This document shows, piece after piece, positions 1 to 11,163 of a DNA stretch of 64,000 bases. Below the pieces are notes generated by a model, which was not told the origin of the DNA, did not search any database, and worked only from the letters and a program-made list of their open reading frames with translations. A program made the translations under genes and the position numbers. Origin of the DNA: Candidatus Danuiimicrobium aquiferis (GTDB taxonomy: Bacteria; Omnitrophota; Omnitrophia; Omnitrophales; Danuiimicrobiaceae); contig MHFR01000037.1 of NCBI GenBank assembly GCA_001804285.1, positions 19,552 to 83,551 of the forward strand, given 5' to 3'. The number at the start of each line of letters is the position of its first letter. Positions within the stretch are counted from its first letter, which is position 1.

Positions 1-224
1 AGGGCTGCCTGAGCGTTCCCGGCGCATCCGCCGAAATCCGGCGTGCAACAGAAATTAAATTTCAAGCCATGGATTTGAAAGGGAAAACCTTCACCGAAAA
101 AGCCACCGGCTTCTACGCACGCGTCATTCAGCACGAACTCGACCACTTAAATGGCACACTCATCATCGACAGGGTTGATTTTGTCCGGCGTCAACAGCTG
201 TTAAGCACGTATAAACTTATTTAA
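1..224 (+). CDS. def: Peptide deformylase, 3' part (truncated by window start)
   Basis: Manual translation from base 3: GCLSVPG...QHELDHLNG (EGCLS and HExxH motifs), stop TAA 222-224, directly upstream of fmt. Confidence 0.93.
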   Translation, partial: GCLSVPGASAEIRRATEIKFQAMDLKGKTFTEKATGFYARVIQHELDHLNGTLIIDRVDFVRRQQLLSTYKLI

Positions 225-226
225 AT

Positions 227-1171
227 ATGTTCAACATCGTTGTCTTCAGTTCCTCGTCGTTTTCGATTCCACTCCTGAATCGGTTGGTTGCTGCAAAAAA
301 ATTCAATATTTATATCATAACAACCCCGGATCAAAAAAAAGGGCGCGGTCAAAAAAAGATTTTAAACGAAATTAAATTATTTGCCGAGGAACAGAAATTT
401 ATCTGCATCGCACCCGAAAGACTTAAAACACCCGAAGTACTTGAACAAGTTAAAAGTTTTCAGCCCGATTTCATGATGATTGCTTCCTATGGCAAACTCA
501 TTCCAAGTTCGCTTTTTTCTCTCTCAAAATATGCGTCACTCAACATTCATCCATCTCTCTTGCCAAAATATCGCGGTGCATCACCCGTTCAAGCGGCAAT
601 CCTGAATGGCGATATCGAGACGGGGGTCAGCATTGCCGAGGTAACGGATCGATTGGACGCAGGCGACATTTTCGCTCAAGAAAAAACACCAATCGCCAGA
701 GACGAGTATTGCGAGGATTTAATGAACCGCCTTGCCCACGTGGGTGCAAATCTCGCAATACAAACAATCGAAAATTTAACAAAAGGGAATCTGTTCAAAA
801 CACCGCAGAACGAGGCGGCTTCGAGTTACGCGAAAAAAATCGAAAAAGACGACGGGCTTATCGACTGGAAGTGTCCGGCGGAAATGATTTACAATCAAAT
901 TCGCGCTTATTATCCTTGGCCTTCGGCATTTACATTCTTGAATGGAATTCGGTTGAAAATTCTGGAAGCGAAAGTTTGTAATGACAGTTCAGATGCAACA
1001 CGGACTAAGACCGGCACAATGACTGTCAAAAATAAACCACCTCACTTGTTTGTGCAAACAGGAGACGGCTCGATTGAGATAGTGCACCTTCAGCCAGAAG
1101 GAAAAACCCCCATTACGGCTGTTGATTTTTTAAACGGCTATCGACTAAACACCGGCGATCACTTAGGATAA
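227..1171 (+). CDS. fmt: Methionyl-tRNA formyltransferase
   Basis: T.PD..KGRG, NIHPSLLPKYRGASP and LDAGDI motifs; follows def. Confidence 0.96.
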   Translation: MFNIVVFSSSSFSIPLLNRLVAAKKFNIYIITTPDQKKGRGQKKILNEIKLFAEEQKFICIAPERLKTPEVLEQVKSFQPDFMMIASYGKLIPSSLFSLSKYASLNIHPSLLPKYRGASPVQAAILNGDIETGVSIAEVTDRLDAGDIFAQEKTPIARDEYCEDLMNRLAHVGANLAIQTIENLTKGNLFKTPQNEAASSYAKKIEKDDGLIDWKCPAEMIYNQIRAYYPWPSAFTFLNGIRLKILEAKVCNDSSDATRTKTGTMTVKNKPPHLFVQTGDGSIEIVHLQPEGKTPITAVDFLNGYRLNTGDHLG

Positions 1172-1172
1172 T

Positions 1173-2324
1173 ATGACAAAAGTTCTTCATTTAACCACTC
1201 ATGTCAATGTTGGCGGAATTACTAGCTATATCCGATTACTCACGAAAGAAATGCGCGGACTCGGATATCAGTTTTATGTTGCTTCAAGCGGCGGGAATCA
1301 ACGAGAAACCATAGAAAAAAGCGGCGTTTACTGCAAACGATTTAATATTAAAACGAAGAGTGAATTGAGTCCGAAACTTTATTTCGCTATTTTGCCGCTT
1401 GTCCGATTTGTCAAACGTGAAAAAATTGATATGATGCACGCCCATACGCGCGTCACACAAGTCTTAGCCTGGTGGATCAGGCTTTTCACGGGCATTCCGT
1501 ACGTGTCCACGTGCCATGGTTTTTACAAACACCGGCTTGGAAGAAAATTATTCCCCGCGTGGGGTAATCATGTAATTGCCATCAGCGGGCCGGTCGAAGA
1601 TATGTTAAAAGAAAAGTTTGATGTTCCTGGAAACCGCGCCAGCACAATTTTCAACGCTGTGGATATTGATGATTTGAATGCTCGTTATCAACAAAAGAAT
1701 CCGATAACAATACGAAACGAGCTGAATATCGAGCCCAATGCACCGGTTGTGGGAATTATTGCTCGTGTTGTAGTTGATAAAGGCCATGAATATTTTCTTC
1801 GAGCCGTCAACAAACTTTCGACCGGACAGTTTCCCAATATTATAGTTTTAATCGTCGGAGAAGGACCTAACTTAACTAAAATCGAAAATTTGGTAGATGG
1901 CTTGGCCATGCAAAATAAAGTCCGGTTTCTGGGATCTTTGCATGATGTCACCTATGCGTTATCCGTCATGGATATTTTCGTTTTGCCGGCGATTTGGCGA
2001 GAAGGATTTGGCCTGTCGATTATTGAAGCAATGGCAGTCAAAAAACCGGCAATCGTAACAAATATTTGGGCATTGAACGCACTGATCGAAGATAGAGTAA
2101 ATGGAATCCTTGTCCCGCCGAAAGATGAACACGCACTGGCCGAAGCTATTACGGAATTACTGACAAATAATTCCCTTTATCAAACACTCTCCGAAAATGG
2201 TTTTGCCATGGTCAAAGAACGGTTTTCTATTCCCATTATGGCCGCAAATATGTCGAAACTTTATCAGGAAGTTCTTCGCACGATAAATTCAAAAAACGGC
2301 CTCTTATCCCGCCTTTTCAATTAG
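1173..2324 (+). CDS. GT-B (family 4) glycosyltransferase
   Basis: N-terminal GG motif, HAH motif, EGFGLSIIEAMA signature. Confidence 0.9.
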   Translation: MTKVLHLTTHVNVGGITSYIRLLTKEMRGLGYQFYVASSGGNQRETIEKSGVYCKRFNIKTKSELSPKLYFAILPLVRFVKREKIDMMHAHTRVTQVLAWWIRLFTGIPYVSTCHGFYKHRLGRKLFPAWGNHVIAISGPVEDMLKEKFDVPGNRASTIFNAVDIDDLNARYQQKNPITIRNELNIEPNAPVVGIIARVVVDKGHEYFLRAVNKLSTGQFPNIIVLIVGEGPNLTKIENLVDGLAMQNKVRFLGSLHDVTYALSVMDIFVLPAIWREGFGLSIIEAMAVKKPAIVTNIWALNALIEDRVNGILVPPKDEHALAEAITELLTNNSLYQTLSENGFAMVKERFSIPIMAANMSKLYQEVLRTINSKNGLLSRLFN

Positions 2325-2364
2325 CGAATACTCATTCGTCATTTAAATCATTATAAAACTATAA

Positions 2365-3519
<1,155 letters not shown>

Positions 3520-3528
3520 AATGAACAC

Positions 3529-3686
3529 GCAATCTTGCGGTTGTCTGCGCGAATCGGCGAAGGCAACCGCAAGTTGCTTTGTGAATTTTCCGCCATACAG
3601 CGCGGACGGATCCGCCAACAATTTGTGGCGGATTCCCGCCTAATGCACGGCGGAGCAGTGCTGCTTCGCTGCATGCGGGAATGACA
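3529..3686. repeat. Composite palindromic region: long hairpin, TCCGCC/GGCGGA hairpins and a REP-like unit GGATTCCCGCC...GCGGGAATGACA with a nested hairpin
   Basis: CTTGCGGTTGTCT/AGGCAACCGCAAG (within 3529-3577); ATCCGCCA/TGGCGGAT; REP 3630-3686 with ATGCA..GCGGAGCAG/CTGCTTCGC..TGCAT in its loop. Confidence 0.8.
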
Positions 3687-3745
3687 AAGATGTTTGGGTT
3701 TACACAAAACCGGTTGCGAATTTATAAGACAAAGGATATTGAACG

Positions 3746-4927
3746 ATGAACAAGAAAACAATCGAGAATATTGACGTTCGGGGCAAACGAGTGATTGCGC
3801 GCGTTGATTATAACGTTCCAATCGAAGGTGACAAAATCACGGATGACGCCAGGATTGTTAAGACACTTCCTACCGTCAAATACTTGATTAAGCAGAAAGC
3901 TAAGATCATTTTGATGGCACATTTGGGCCGCCCAAAGGGTAAGAAAGATCCAAAATACACCCTGAAGCCGGTTGCGGACCATCTTGCAAAACTTCTCGGA
4001 CAGCCTGTGAAATTTGTTCCGGATTGCATCGGCGAAATCGCGCAAAGAGAAACAGCTAATTTAAAAGAAGGGGAAGTTGTGCTTCTTGAAAATCTCCGGT
4101 TTTATGCGGAAGAAGAAAAAAATGATGACAATTTCTCAAAACAGCTGGCTTCTCTCGGCGAAGTTTATGTGAATGATGCTTTTGGAGCGGCGCATCGCGC
4201 ACATTCCTCAACAGCAGGAATCGCAAAATATCTCCCGGCAGTCGCCGGTTACCTGCTTGCCAAAGAAATTGAATACTTTGATAAAGCACTCCAAAATCCG
4301 GAAAAACCGTTCCTCGCTATTTTGGGCGGGGCAAAAGTAGTCGATAAAATCAAAGTCATTGAAAATTTAATGACCAAAGTCGATTCGCTTTTGATCGGCG
4401 GCGCGATGGCCTATACTTTTTTAAAAGCGCAGGGACACACCATCGGTAAATCATTATTTGATGCGGAAGGTTTTGACGTTGCAAAAAGCCTCCTCGAAAA
4501 AGCCAAACAAATGAAAATTCAAATGCTTTTCCCGGTCGACCACGTGATTTCCGACAAAGTCGAAGCGGGCGCGCCAACGCAACTTTGCGGGATTGATATT
4601 CCCGAAGGAAAACTGGGAGTCGACATCGGCCCAAAAACTGTCGATCAATTTACAAACGTCCTCAAAAATGCAAAAACGGTAATTTGGAACGGGCCTCTCG
4701 GCGTATTTGAAATTCCGGCATTTTCAAACGGAACAAAAAAAATTGCCGAATTTTTGGGCGATTTAAAACAGGCAACAAGAATTGTGGGCGGTGGAGAAAC
4801 AGCCGCAGCTTGCACGGAATTTGGTGTTGAAGAAAAAATGTCTCACGTCTCAACCGGTGGCGGCGCTTCGCTTGAGTACCTCGAAGGCAAAGTTCTTCCG
4901 GGTGTAGATGCTTTACTAAATAAATAA
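3746..4927 (+). CDS. pgk: Phosphoglycerate kinase
   Basis: RVDYNVP, HLGRPKG, LLENLRF, STGGGASLEYLEG. Confidence 0.98.
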   Translation: MNKKTIENIDVRGKRVIARVDYNVPIEGDKITDDARIVKTLPTVKYLIKQKAKIILMAHLGRPKGKKDPKYTLKPVADHLAKLLGQPVKFVPDCIGEIAQRETANLKEGEVVLLENLRFYAEEEKNDDNFSKQLASLGEVYVNDAFGAAHRAHSSTAGIAKYLPAVAGYLLAKEIEYFDKALQNPEKPFLAILGGAKVVDKIKVIENLMTKVDSLLIGGAMAYTFLKAQGHTIGKSLFDAEGFDVAKSLLEKAKQMKIQMLFPVDHVISDKVEAGAPTQLCGIDIPEGKLGVDIGPKTVDQFTNVLKNAKTVIWNGPLGVFEIPAFSNGTKKIAEFLGDLKQATRIVGGGETAAACTEFGVEEKMSHVSTGGGASLEYLEGKVLPGVDALLNK

Positions 4928-4955
4928 CCAAACAATCGATTGAAAGGTGACTTTT

Positions 4956-5735
4956 ATGAAGAGAGTTCTAATTGTCGGCAACTGGAAAATGTTCAAAACC
5001 ATTCCCGAAGCTGTAAATCTTGTCAATAGCATTAAGGCCGGCGTTCATAAAATCAGCAACTGCGATATCGTCGCATGCCCACCATTCACAGCGTTAACCG
5101 CCGTTTCAGAACTTGTCAGAGATTCCAACGTTGACCTTGGTGCTCAGGATATGCATTTCGAAACAGAAGGGGCCTTTACCGGAGAAATTTCTCCGATGAT
5201 GTTAAAAGACGTCGGTTGCCGATATGTCATCCTTGGTCACTCCGAACGGCGGGCATACTTTAAAGAAACTGATGAACTCATTAATAAAAAAGTGAAAGCT
5301 GCTCTAAAATATAACATCGTACCGATTGTTTGCGTCGGAGAAACCCTGGAAGAGCGGGAAGCTCATAAAGCATTTGAAGTGGTTAAAAAACAATTTGATT
5401 ATTCGCTGGCCGACCTCGATGCCGCGGCCATTGAGCGCGTTGTCGTTGCTTATGAGCCTGTTTGGGCTATCGGCACGGGAAGAACGGCCACCCCAGAACA
5501 AGCGGAGCAAATGCATTCATACATCCGCCGGCTGCTGAATGAAAAATATGGCAGGGAAGTCGCCGCGCGAATCAAAATTCTTTACGGAGGAAGCGTCAAG
5601 CCCGATAACATAGAATTGTTAGTTTCAAAACCAAATATTGATGGTGCTCTGGTCGGCGGTGCTTCGATTAAAGCAGAATCGTTTATTCAGATTGTCAAAA
5701 ATTCATTGCCAAGCGAGATAAAAAGTAATTCATAA
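4956..5735 (+). CDS. tpiA: Triosephosphate isomerase
   Basis: GNWKM, HSERR, AYEPVWAIGTG; ATG 4956 after AAGGTG preferred to GTG 4947. Confidence 0.97.
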   Translation: MKRVLIVGNWKMFKTIPEAVNLVNSIKAGVHKISNCDIVACPPFTALTAVSELVRDSNVDLGAQDMHFETEGAFTGEISPMMLKDVGCRYVILGHSERRAYFKETDELINKKVKAALKYNIVPIVCVGETLEEREAHKAFEVVKKQFDYSLADLDAAAIERVVVAYEPVWAIGTGRTATPEQAEQMHSYIRRLLNEKYGREVAARIKILYGGSVKPDNIELLVSKPNIDGALVGGASIKAESFIQIVKNSLPSEIKSNS

Positions 5736-5761
5736 AACTTAACTGAGTGAAGGAGATTTCC

Positions 5762-6289
5762 GTGACAATTGTTCTCATCGTTTTACATGTCTGTGCGAGT
5801 TTATTTTTAATTGCGGTCATTTTGCTGCAAGCCGGGCGCGGCCAAGGACTGAGTTGGGGAATGATGGGTGGCTCACCGCAATCTATTTTGGGAACCAAAA
5901 CCGCAAGTTTCTTAACGCGACTTACGACAATTTGCGCATTCCTATTCTTGTTTACCTGCATTGGCCTGAATCTGATCGAAATCAGAAGATCCAAGTCCTT
6001 AATGAATTTAAGCAGGGGGGCAAGCCAAGTCGATTTGACCAAAATCAAAGAAGCCCTGGACAAAATCAAGAAAGAACCGGCTACCGTAGCCGCAACACAA
6101 GCCACTGACAAGACGGCACCTGCCGCTGAAACAACAAAAGCTGATACAGCCGAAACGGCAAAGGCAGCCCAAACAACCGCAGCAGAAGCAACAAAAACAG
6201 CCGAGGCTTCTGCAATCCCAGCAGCCGCTACAGAAAAACCAAAAACTGCCGAAACTAAAGTAGCTAACCAAACGAAACCTCAAACGTAA
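5762..6289 (+). CDS. secG: Preprotein translocase subunit SecG with long Ala/Thr/Lys-rich C-terminal tail
   Basis: Two TM segments with ILLQ.G.G.GL loop; tpiA-secG synteny; GTG 5762 after AAGGAG. Confidence 0.88.
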   Translation: MTIVLIVLHVCASLFLIAVILLQAGRGQGLSWGMMGGSPQSILGTKTASFLTRLTTICAFLFLFTCIGLNLIEIRRSKSLMNLSRGASQVDLTKIKEALDKIKKEPATVAATQATDKTAPAAETTKADTAETAKAAQTTAAEATKTAEASAIPAAATEKPKTAETKVANQTKPQT

Positions 6290-6308
6290 AAAGCTTAAAG
6301 AGGTCATT

Positions 6309-7334
6309 ATGCCGGAACTACGGAAAGATCCCGTTACGGAACGATGGGTGATTATTGCCACTGAGCGTGGCAAACGTCCCTATGATGCAAGTGAAATCGC
6401 TCATTCATGGGCGGAAAACGATCATTGTCCATTCTGCGCCGGGCATGAACATTTGACCCCCTCCGAAATTGCGGCTATTCGCGATCCCTCATCGAAACCA
6501 AATGGACCAGGTTGGCAGGTTCGTGTCGTTCCCAATAAGTTTCCCGCACTCGGAATCGATACCCCTCTCGCAAAACAAGGGACGGGAATGTATGACCGGA
6601 TGACTGGGTTTGGCGCACACGAAGTCATCATTGAATGTCCTGATCATACTCAGACGCTCCACAAACTTCCGATTGAGAATATAAAAAATGTCTTAGCTGT
6701 ATCCCAAAATCGAATCGAAGACCTTCAGAAAGATACGAGATTCCGATATGTCCTTTTATTTCGAAATGACGGCCCTCAAGCAGGCGCAACGATCGCCCAT
6801 CCGCACTCCCAAATTATCGCAACACCCATCACGCCCAAACGCGTAAAAGAAGAGCTTCGCGGAGCTGAAACCTATTTCAAATTAAAAGAACGCTGCGTGT
6901 TCTGCGACATTATTGACGAAGAAAAGCGGATTGGTGAAAGAATCGTTTATGAAAATGAACATTTTGTTTCCTTTTGTCCTTATTGGTCACGATTTCCGTT
7001 TGAAATTTGGTTGCTTCCGAAGAAACACGAACTCAACTTTTACAGTTCCCGGGCTCATTTGTTTGAAATGGCGCTTGCGCTCAAAACAACCATGGAAAAA
7101 CTGTCTCAGGTATTAAACAATCCGCAATACAATTATATTGTGCACTCGGGCCCAAACATGTTTGCGCGCAGAGGATACTGGCAAACCATCCAAGACGATT
7201 ACCACTGGCATTTCGAAATCATCCCCCGCTTGACCAAAGTAGCCGGTTTCGAATGGGGAACCGGATTTTATATCAATCCGACTCCGCCCGAAGATGCTGC
7301 CAAGTATCTCAGGGAAGCAAACGTCTTCGTGTAG
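6309..7334 (+). CDS. galT: Galactose-1-phosphate uridylyltransferase (HIT superfamily)
   Basis: MPELRKDP, CPFC, VRVVPNKFPAL, HPHSQ catalytic motif. Confidence 0.9.
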   Translation: MPELRKDPVTERWVIIATERGKRPYDASEIAHSWAENDHCPFCAGHEHLTPSEIAAIRDPSSKPNGPGWQVRVVPNKFPALGIDTPLAKQGTGMYDRMTGFGAHEVIIECPDHTQTLHKLPIENIKNVLAVSQNRIEDLQKDTRFRYVLLFRNDGPQAGATIAHPHSQIIATPITPKRVKEELRGAETYFKLKERCVFCDIIDEEKRIGERIVYENEHFVSFCPYWSRFPFEIWLLPKKHELNFYSSRAHLFEMALALKTTMEKLSQVLNNPQYNYIVHSGPNMFARRGYWQTIQDDYHWHFEIIPRLTKVAGFEWGTGFYINPTPPEDAAKYLREANVFV

Positions 7335-7386
7335 TTTTATATCGGCATGTTCTATTTTCCCGTGCTCATTTTGCTACTTCCTATAG

Positions 7387-7491
7387 AATCCCGGATCGGA
7401 AGTCGGGTGTGAAACAGATAAAGAGACCGCACAAAAATCGGCAGAAAAGATTTTAAACTACCTAAAAAAAGCGAAGATTATCTCCGCGTAA
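7387..7491 (+). pseudogene. Possible remnant of adenylyl-sulfate kinase (CysC) C-terminus
   Basis: Manual translation NPGSEVGCETDKETAQKSAEKILNYLKKAKIISA*, preceded by TAG and with no start codon; resembles CysC C-terminal PE..ETDKET.EES.EKIL.YL (from memory). Confidence 0.4.
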
Positions 7492-7504
7492 TCTCTCGTA
7501 CCTA

Positions 7505-7533
7505 TTGCACCTCATACGTCCTGCGTATATAAT
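7505..7533 (+). promoter_or_regulatory. Sigma70-type promoter of recG operon
   Basis: TTGCAC-17 bp-TATAAT, ending 12 nt before recG ATG. Confidence 0.7.
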
Positions 7534-7545
7534 AAATAAAATTTT

Positions 7546-9630
7546 ATGGCTGTCATAACTTTCGATTCAAAAAACAAAGATTCCATCCGCTACATTAAGG
7601 GCATCGGCCCAAAAAGGGCGGAAATTTTAAACCGCCTGGGAATTCTCACCATTCGCGACTTGTGCTACTTTTTCCCCCGAACATACGAAGACCGGAGTCA
7701 ATTTCTCCCCATAAATACTGTCACGCCGGGGAGTCAAGTCACGATCCGCGGAACCGTTTTGGGAACATCTGTCAGACCGACCCGGAATATGACTCTTTGC
7801 GAAATGGTGATTCATGACAAAACCGGATCCATCACTGCCGTGTGGTTTAATCAACCGTACTTGAGCAATAAATTCAAACAGGGCGATCAAGTGATCCTCA
7901 GCGGAAAGGCAGAGTTTTACCAAAGGCGCATCCAATTAAGCAACCCGGAACATGAAATTATTCAACAAGGCGATGACGAAACCGTTCACACGGGGAGGAT
8001 TACGCCAATCTATCCGCTAACCGAGGGGCTTTTCCAGCGGGCCCTGAGAACTGTCATGAAAGAAGTTTCGGATCATTACGTCGCCCGGGAAGTCCGGGAA
8101 TTTATGCCTTTAACAATCCATAACAATTTAAACTTAATGGATCTGCATCAGGCACTAAAAACGATTCATTTCCCGGAAACGTTTCAATTACTCGAAGAAG
8201 CCCGGAAGCGGCTTGTGTTTGACGAGTTTTTCCTATTTCAATTGAGCCTGCTTTCAAAAATCAAAGCTTCCCAAACCGAAGGCTCCGGCCTGCCCATCAA
8301 GAAAAATATAAAATTATTAAGTGAGTTCAAGCAAAAACTTCCCTTCGAACTTACCACCGAGCAGGAAAAAGTGATTGATGAAATTATGAAACCCTTATCT
8401 CAGAGCATCCCAATGAACCGTTTGCTTCAAGGAGACGTCGGCTCGGGAAAAACAGTAGTTGCTTCATTTTTCCTATTTTTAGCTGCTCAATCAAAAATTC
8501 AAAGTGCTCTCTTGGTCCCCACCGAAATTCTTGCCGAACAACATTTTCATAATTTAAGCCCGCTCTTTCAAAAACTGGGCATTTCAAGTGTCTTGTTAAC
8601 GGGAGGATTGTCCGAAGAAAACAAAGTCGCCGCCCGCAAAAAAATAAAAACGGGCGGAGTACAAATCGTTATCGGCACCCATGCGCTTTTACAGGATGAC
8701 GTTTCCTTCACGCAACTCGGCCTTGTGATTATCGATGAACAACACCGATTTGGTGTTGAGCAAAGAGCAAAACTTCTGTTGAGAAAACCGCGGCCGCATC
8801 TTTTGGTGATGACAGCAACTCCGATCCCACGCACACTCGGATTAACTTTATATGGCGATCTGGACATCTCAACGATCGAGACGCTCCCGAAGGGGAGAAA
8901 AGAAATTAAAACCTATTGGATTCGTTCAGAAAAAGAACCGGATGTCCTAGAATACATAAATGAACGCATTATAAACGGGGGCGATCAGGCTTATGTGCTA
9001 TATCCGATCATCGAAGAAAATGAAAAGCTCGATCTCCTTGCGGCAAAAAAAGAATATGAAAGACTGAAAAACGGCCCATTTAAGAAATTAAAAGTCGGGC
9101 TTGTTCACGGACGGATTCAAAAAAAAGAACGTGACGAGGTGATGAAAGATTTTTACGCGAATAAAATCCGCGTCCTCGTTGCTACATCGGTCATCGAAGT
9201 CGGCGTCGACAACCCCAACGTGACTTGTATGGTCATCGAAAATGCGGAGCGATTCGGACTTGCCCAACTCCACCAAATGCGCGGACGGATTGGTCGGGGC
9301 ACTAAAGAATCCGTCTGTTTCCTTTTTGGGAGCCCGGAAACAGAAGAAGGAAAAAAGCGGCTCAGGATTCTCACCAAAACAACAAACGGTTTCGAAATTG
9401 CCGAACAGGATTTGCTCCTTCGCGGTCCCGGCGATTTCTTGGGAACCCAGCAAAGCGGAATCCCGTTTTTCAATCTTGCCGATTTCAGTAAAGACCAAGA
9501 GCTTCTGCTTCTCGCAAGGCAGGAAGCTTTAAAACTTCTGGAATCCGATCCAAAACTTTCAAAACAGGAACATCAACTGCTATTAACAGAAATTGAAATG
9601 CGTGAAAAACACGCGGCGGCACTGCCATGA
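7546..9630 (+). CDS. recG: ATP-dependent DNA helicase RecG
   Basis: Wedge/OB domain, QGDVGSGKT, DEQHRFG, TATPIPR, QMRGRIGRG. Confidence 0.97.
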   Translation: MAVITFDSKNKDSIRYIKGIGPKRAEILNRLGILTIRDLCYFFPRTYEDRSQFLPINTVTPGSQVTIRGTVLGTSVRPTRNMTLCEMVIHDKTGSITAVWFNQPYLSNKFKQGDQVILSGKAEFYQRRIQLSNPEHEIIQQGDDETVHTGRITPIYPLTEGLFQRALRTVMKEVSDHYVAREVREFMPLTIHNNLNLMDLHQALKTIHFPETFQLLEEARKRLVFDEFFLFQLSLLSKIKASQTEGSGLPIKKNIKLLSEFKQKLPFELTTEQEKVIDEIMKPLSQSIPMNRLLQGDVGSGKTVVASFFLFLAAQSKIQSALLVPTEILAEQHFHNLSPLFQKLGISSVLLTGGLSEENKVAARKKIKTGGVQIVIGTHALLQDDVSFTQLGLVIIDEQHRFGVEQRAKLLLRKPRPHLLVMTATPIPRTLGLTLYGDLDISTIETLPKGRKEIKTYWIRSEKEPDVLEYINERIINGGDQAYVLYPIIEENEKLDLLAAKKEYERLKNGPFKKLKVGLVHGRIQKKERDEVMKDFYANKIRVLVATSVIEVGVDNPNVTCMVIENAERFGLAQLHQMRGRIGRGTKESVCFLFGSPETEEGKKRLRILTKTTNGFEIAEQDLLLRGPGDFLGTQQSGIPFFNLADFSKDQELLLLARQEALKLLESDPKLSKQEHQLLLTEIEMREKHAAALP

Positions 9631-10208
9631 GAATTATCGGCGGAAGACTAAAGCGCAGACTAATCGACTTTCCCAAAACAAGAGACACCCGGCCGTTAAC
9701 TGACCGGTCAAAGGAAACCATTTTCAATATCCTGGCAACACTACCGGAATCAGCCCATATTCTTGATCTGTATGCAGGAAGCGGAAGCTTTGGGCTTGAA
9801 GCCTTAAGCCGTGGGGCACAATTTGTCGACTTTGTTGACCATGCCCCCATCTGCAAAGGGTGTATTTCAGATAACTTGAAAAAATTAGAACTGGCCCAAA
9901 TGGCCAGAATCCACACCCTGGAAGTTGAAATCGCACTCAAACAATTTGAAAAGTCAAACAAAAAGTTCGATTTGATTTTTGTCGATCCGCCTCATAATAA
10001 AGGACTTATAAAAAAAACATTGAATGAAATAGACCGATCTGATATATTACCCATCGAAGGACATGTTATTGTTGGACATTCCAATAAAGAAGATGTTCCT
10101 GAAGACCTGGTCACGCTTATTCCATATAAAAAGGTTAAAATAGGGCAGAGTTTTGTTAGTTTTTTTATTAAATGCGACGTGAAAAATGGCAGTGAAAAAG
10201 GGAAATAA
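9627..10208 (+). CDS. rsmD: 16S rRNA m2G966 methyltransferase
   Basis: MRIIGG, RP..DR.KE, LDLYAGSG, DPP. Confidence 0.93.
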   Translation: MRIIGGRLKRRLIDFPKTRDTRPLTDRSKETIFNILATLPESAHILDLYAGSGSFGLEALSRGAQFVDFVDHAPICKGCISDNLKKLELAQMARIHTLEVEIALKQFEKSNKKFDLIFVDPPHNKGLIKKTLNEIDRSDILPIEGHVIVGHSNKEDVPEDLVTLIPYKKVKIGQSFVSFFIKCDVKNGSEKGK

Positions 10209-10683
10209 AGCTCTTTATACAGGCAGTTTCGATCCCGTAACGTACGGACATATCGATCTCATTAATCGAGCGTTGAAGATCTTTGACGAAATCCATGTCG
10301 GAATCGCAATTAATATCGATAAAAGCCCTTACTTTTCTCTTGAAGAGCGACTTGATTTTTTGCGGTCTTCAGTCGGAAAAAACCCTAAAATAAAAATCGA
10401 GGCATTCAAAGGGTTGAGTGTAGCGTACGCCAGGGAAAAGGGGATTCGAAACATTATTCGCGGAGTCAGGGTCACTTCGGATTTTGATTATGAGTTTCAG
10501 ATGGCCCTCACAAACCGCCAGCTTGCGCCGGATGTGGAAACCGTATTCCTGATGCCGTCTGAAAAACATTTTTATTTGTCTTCGCGATTGATCAAAGAAA
10601 TCGCATTCTCGGGCGGCAAAATTTCTTCGTTCGTTCCGCCGATTGTGAAAAATGCGTTCCGGAATCGGCTCAGCAGAAAATAA
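10186..10683 (+). CDS. coaD: Phosphopantetheine adenylyltransferase
   Basis: GSFDPVTYGH, IRGVR..SDFDYE. Confidence 0.96.
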   Translation: MAVKKGNKALYTGSFDPVTYGHIDLINRALKIFDEIHVGIAINIDKSPYFSLEERLDFLRSSVGKNPKIKIEAFKGLSVAYAREKGIRNIIRGVRVTSDFDYEFQMALTNRQLAPDVETVFLMPSEKHFYLSSRLIKEIAFSGGKISSFVPPIVKNAFRNRLSRK

Positions 10684-10706
10684 GTTGCGGAAAGGTTTTT
10701 GATCTA

Positions 10707-11117
10707 ATGATATTTGATATCTTGAAATTAAAAGAGGGAATTGCCGAAGAAGTCAGCAACGATTACAATGCTGATAAGCTTGATTTGGGATTATTTGACA
10801 TTCAATTTAAAAGCCTGATTCATCTTGAGGGTATCGTCGAAAAAGTTCAGACAAATTTGCTCTTCCGGGGAAATTTGTCAAGTCAAATCGAACAGGTTTG
10901 TGCGCGTTGTCTGTGCGTGACACAATCGAAATTGACAATCCCCTTCGATTTATGTTATGAAATAGCGGGCATGGAAACACTTAACGCAACAAATGATTTG
11001 CGGGACTACTTAATTTTAGATAATTCGGATCGTTTTATTTGTAAAAAAGATTGCAAAGGCATTTGCCCGACATGCGGCGTGAATTTGAATGAAGCCGATT
11101 GTTACTGCAAGTCATGA
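10707..11117 (+). CDS. DUF177/YceD family protein
   Basis: CARCL and CKKDCKGICPTCGVNLN motifs; upstream of rpmF. Confidence 0.88.
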   Translation: MIFDILKLKEGIAEEVSNDYNADKLDLGLFDIQFKSLIHLEGIVEKVQTNLLFRGNLSSQIEQVCARCLCVTQSKLTIPFDLCYEIAGMETLNATNDLRDYLILDNSDRFICKKDCKGICPTCGVNLNEADCYCKS

Positions 11118-11163
11118 ATATTGATTTGAAATAGGCAGTTTGAGGAAAGGAAGGAAATCTGAC

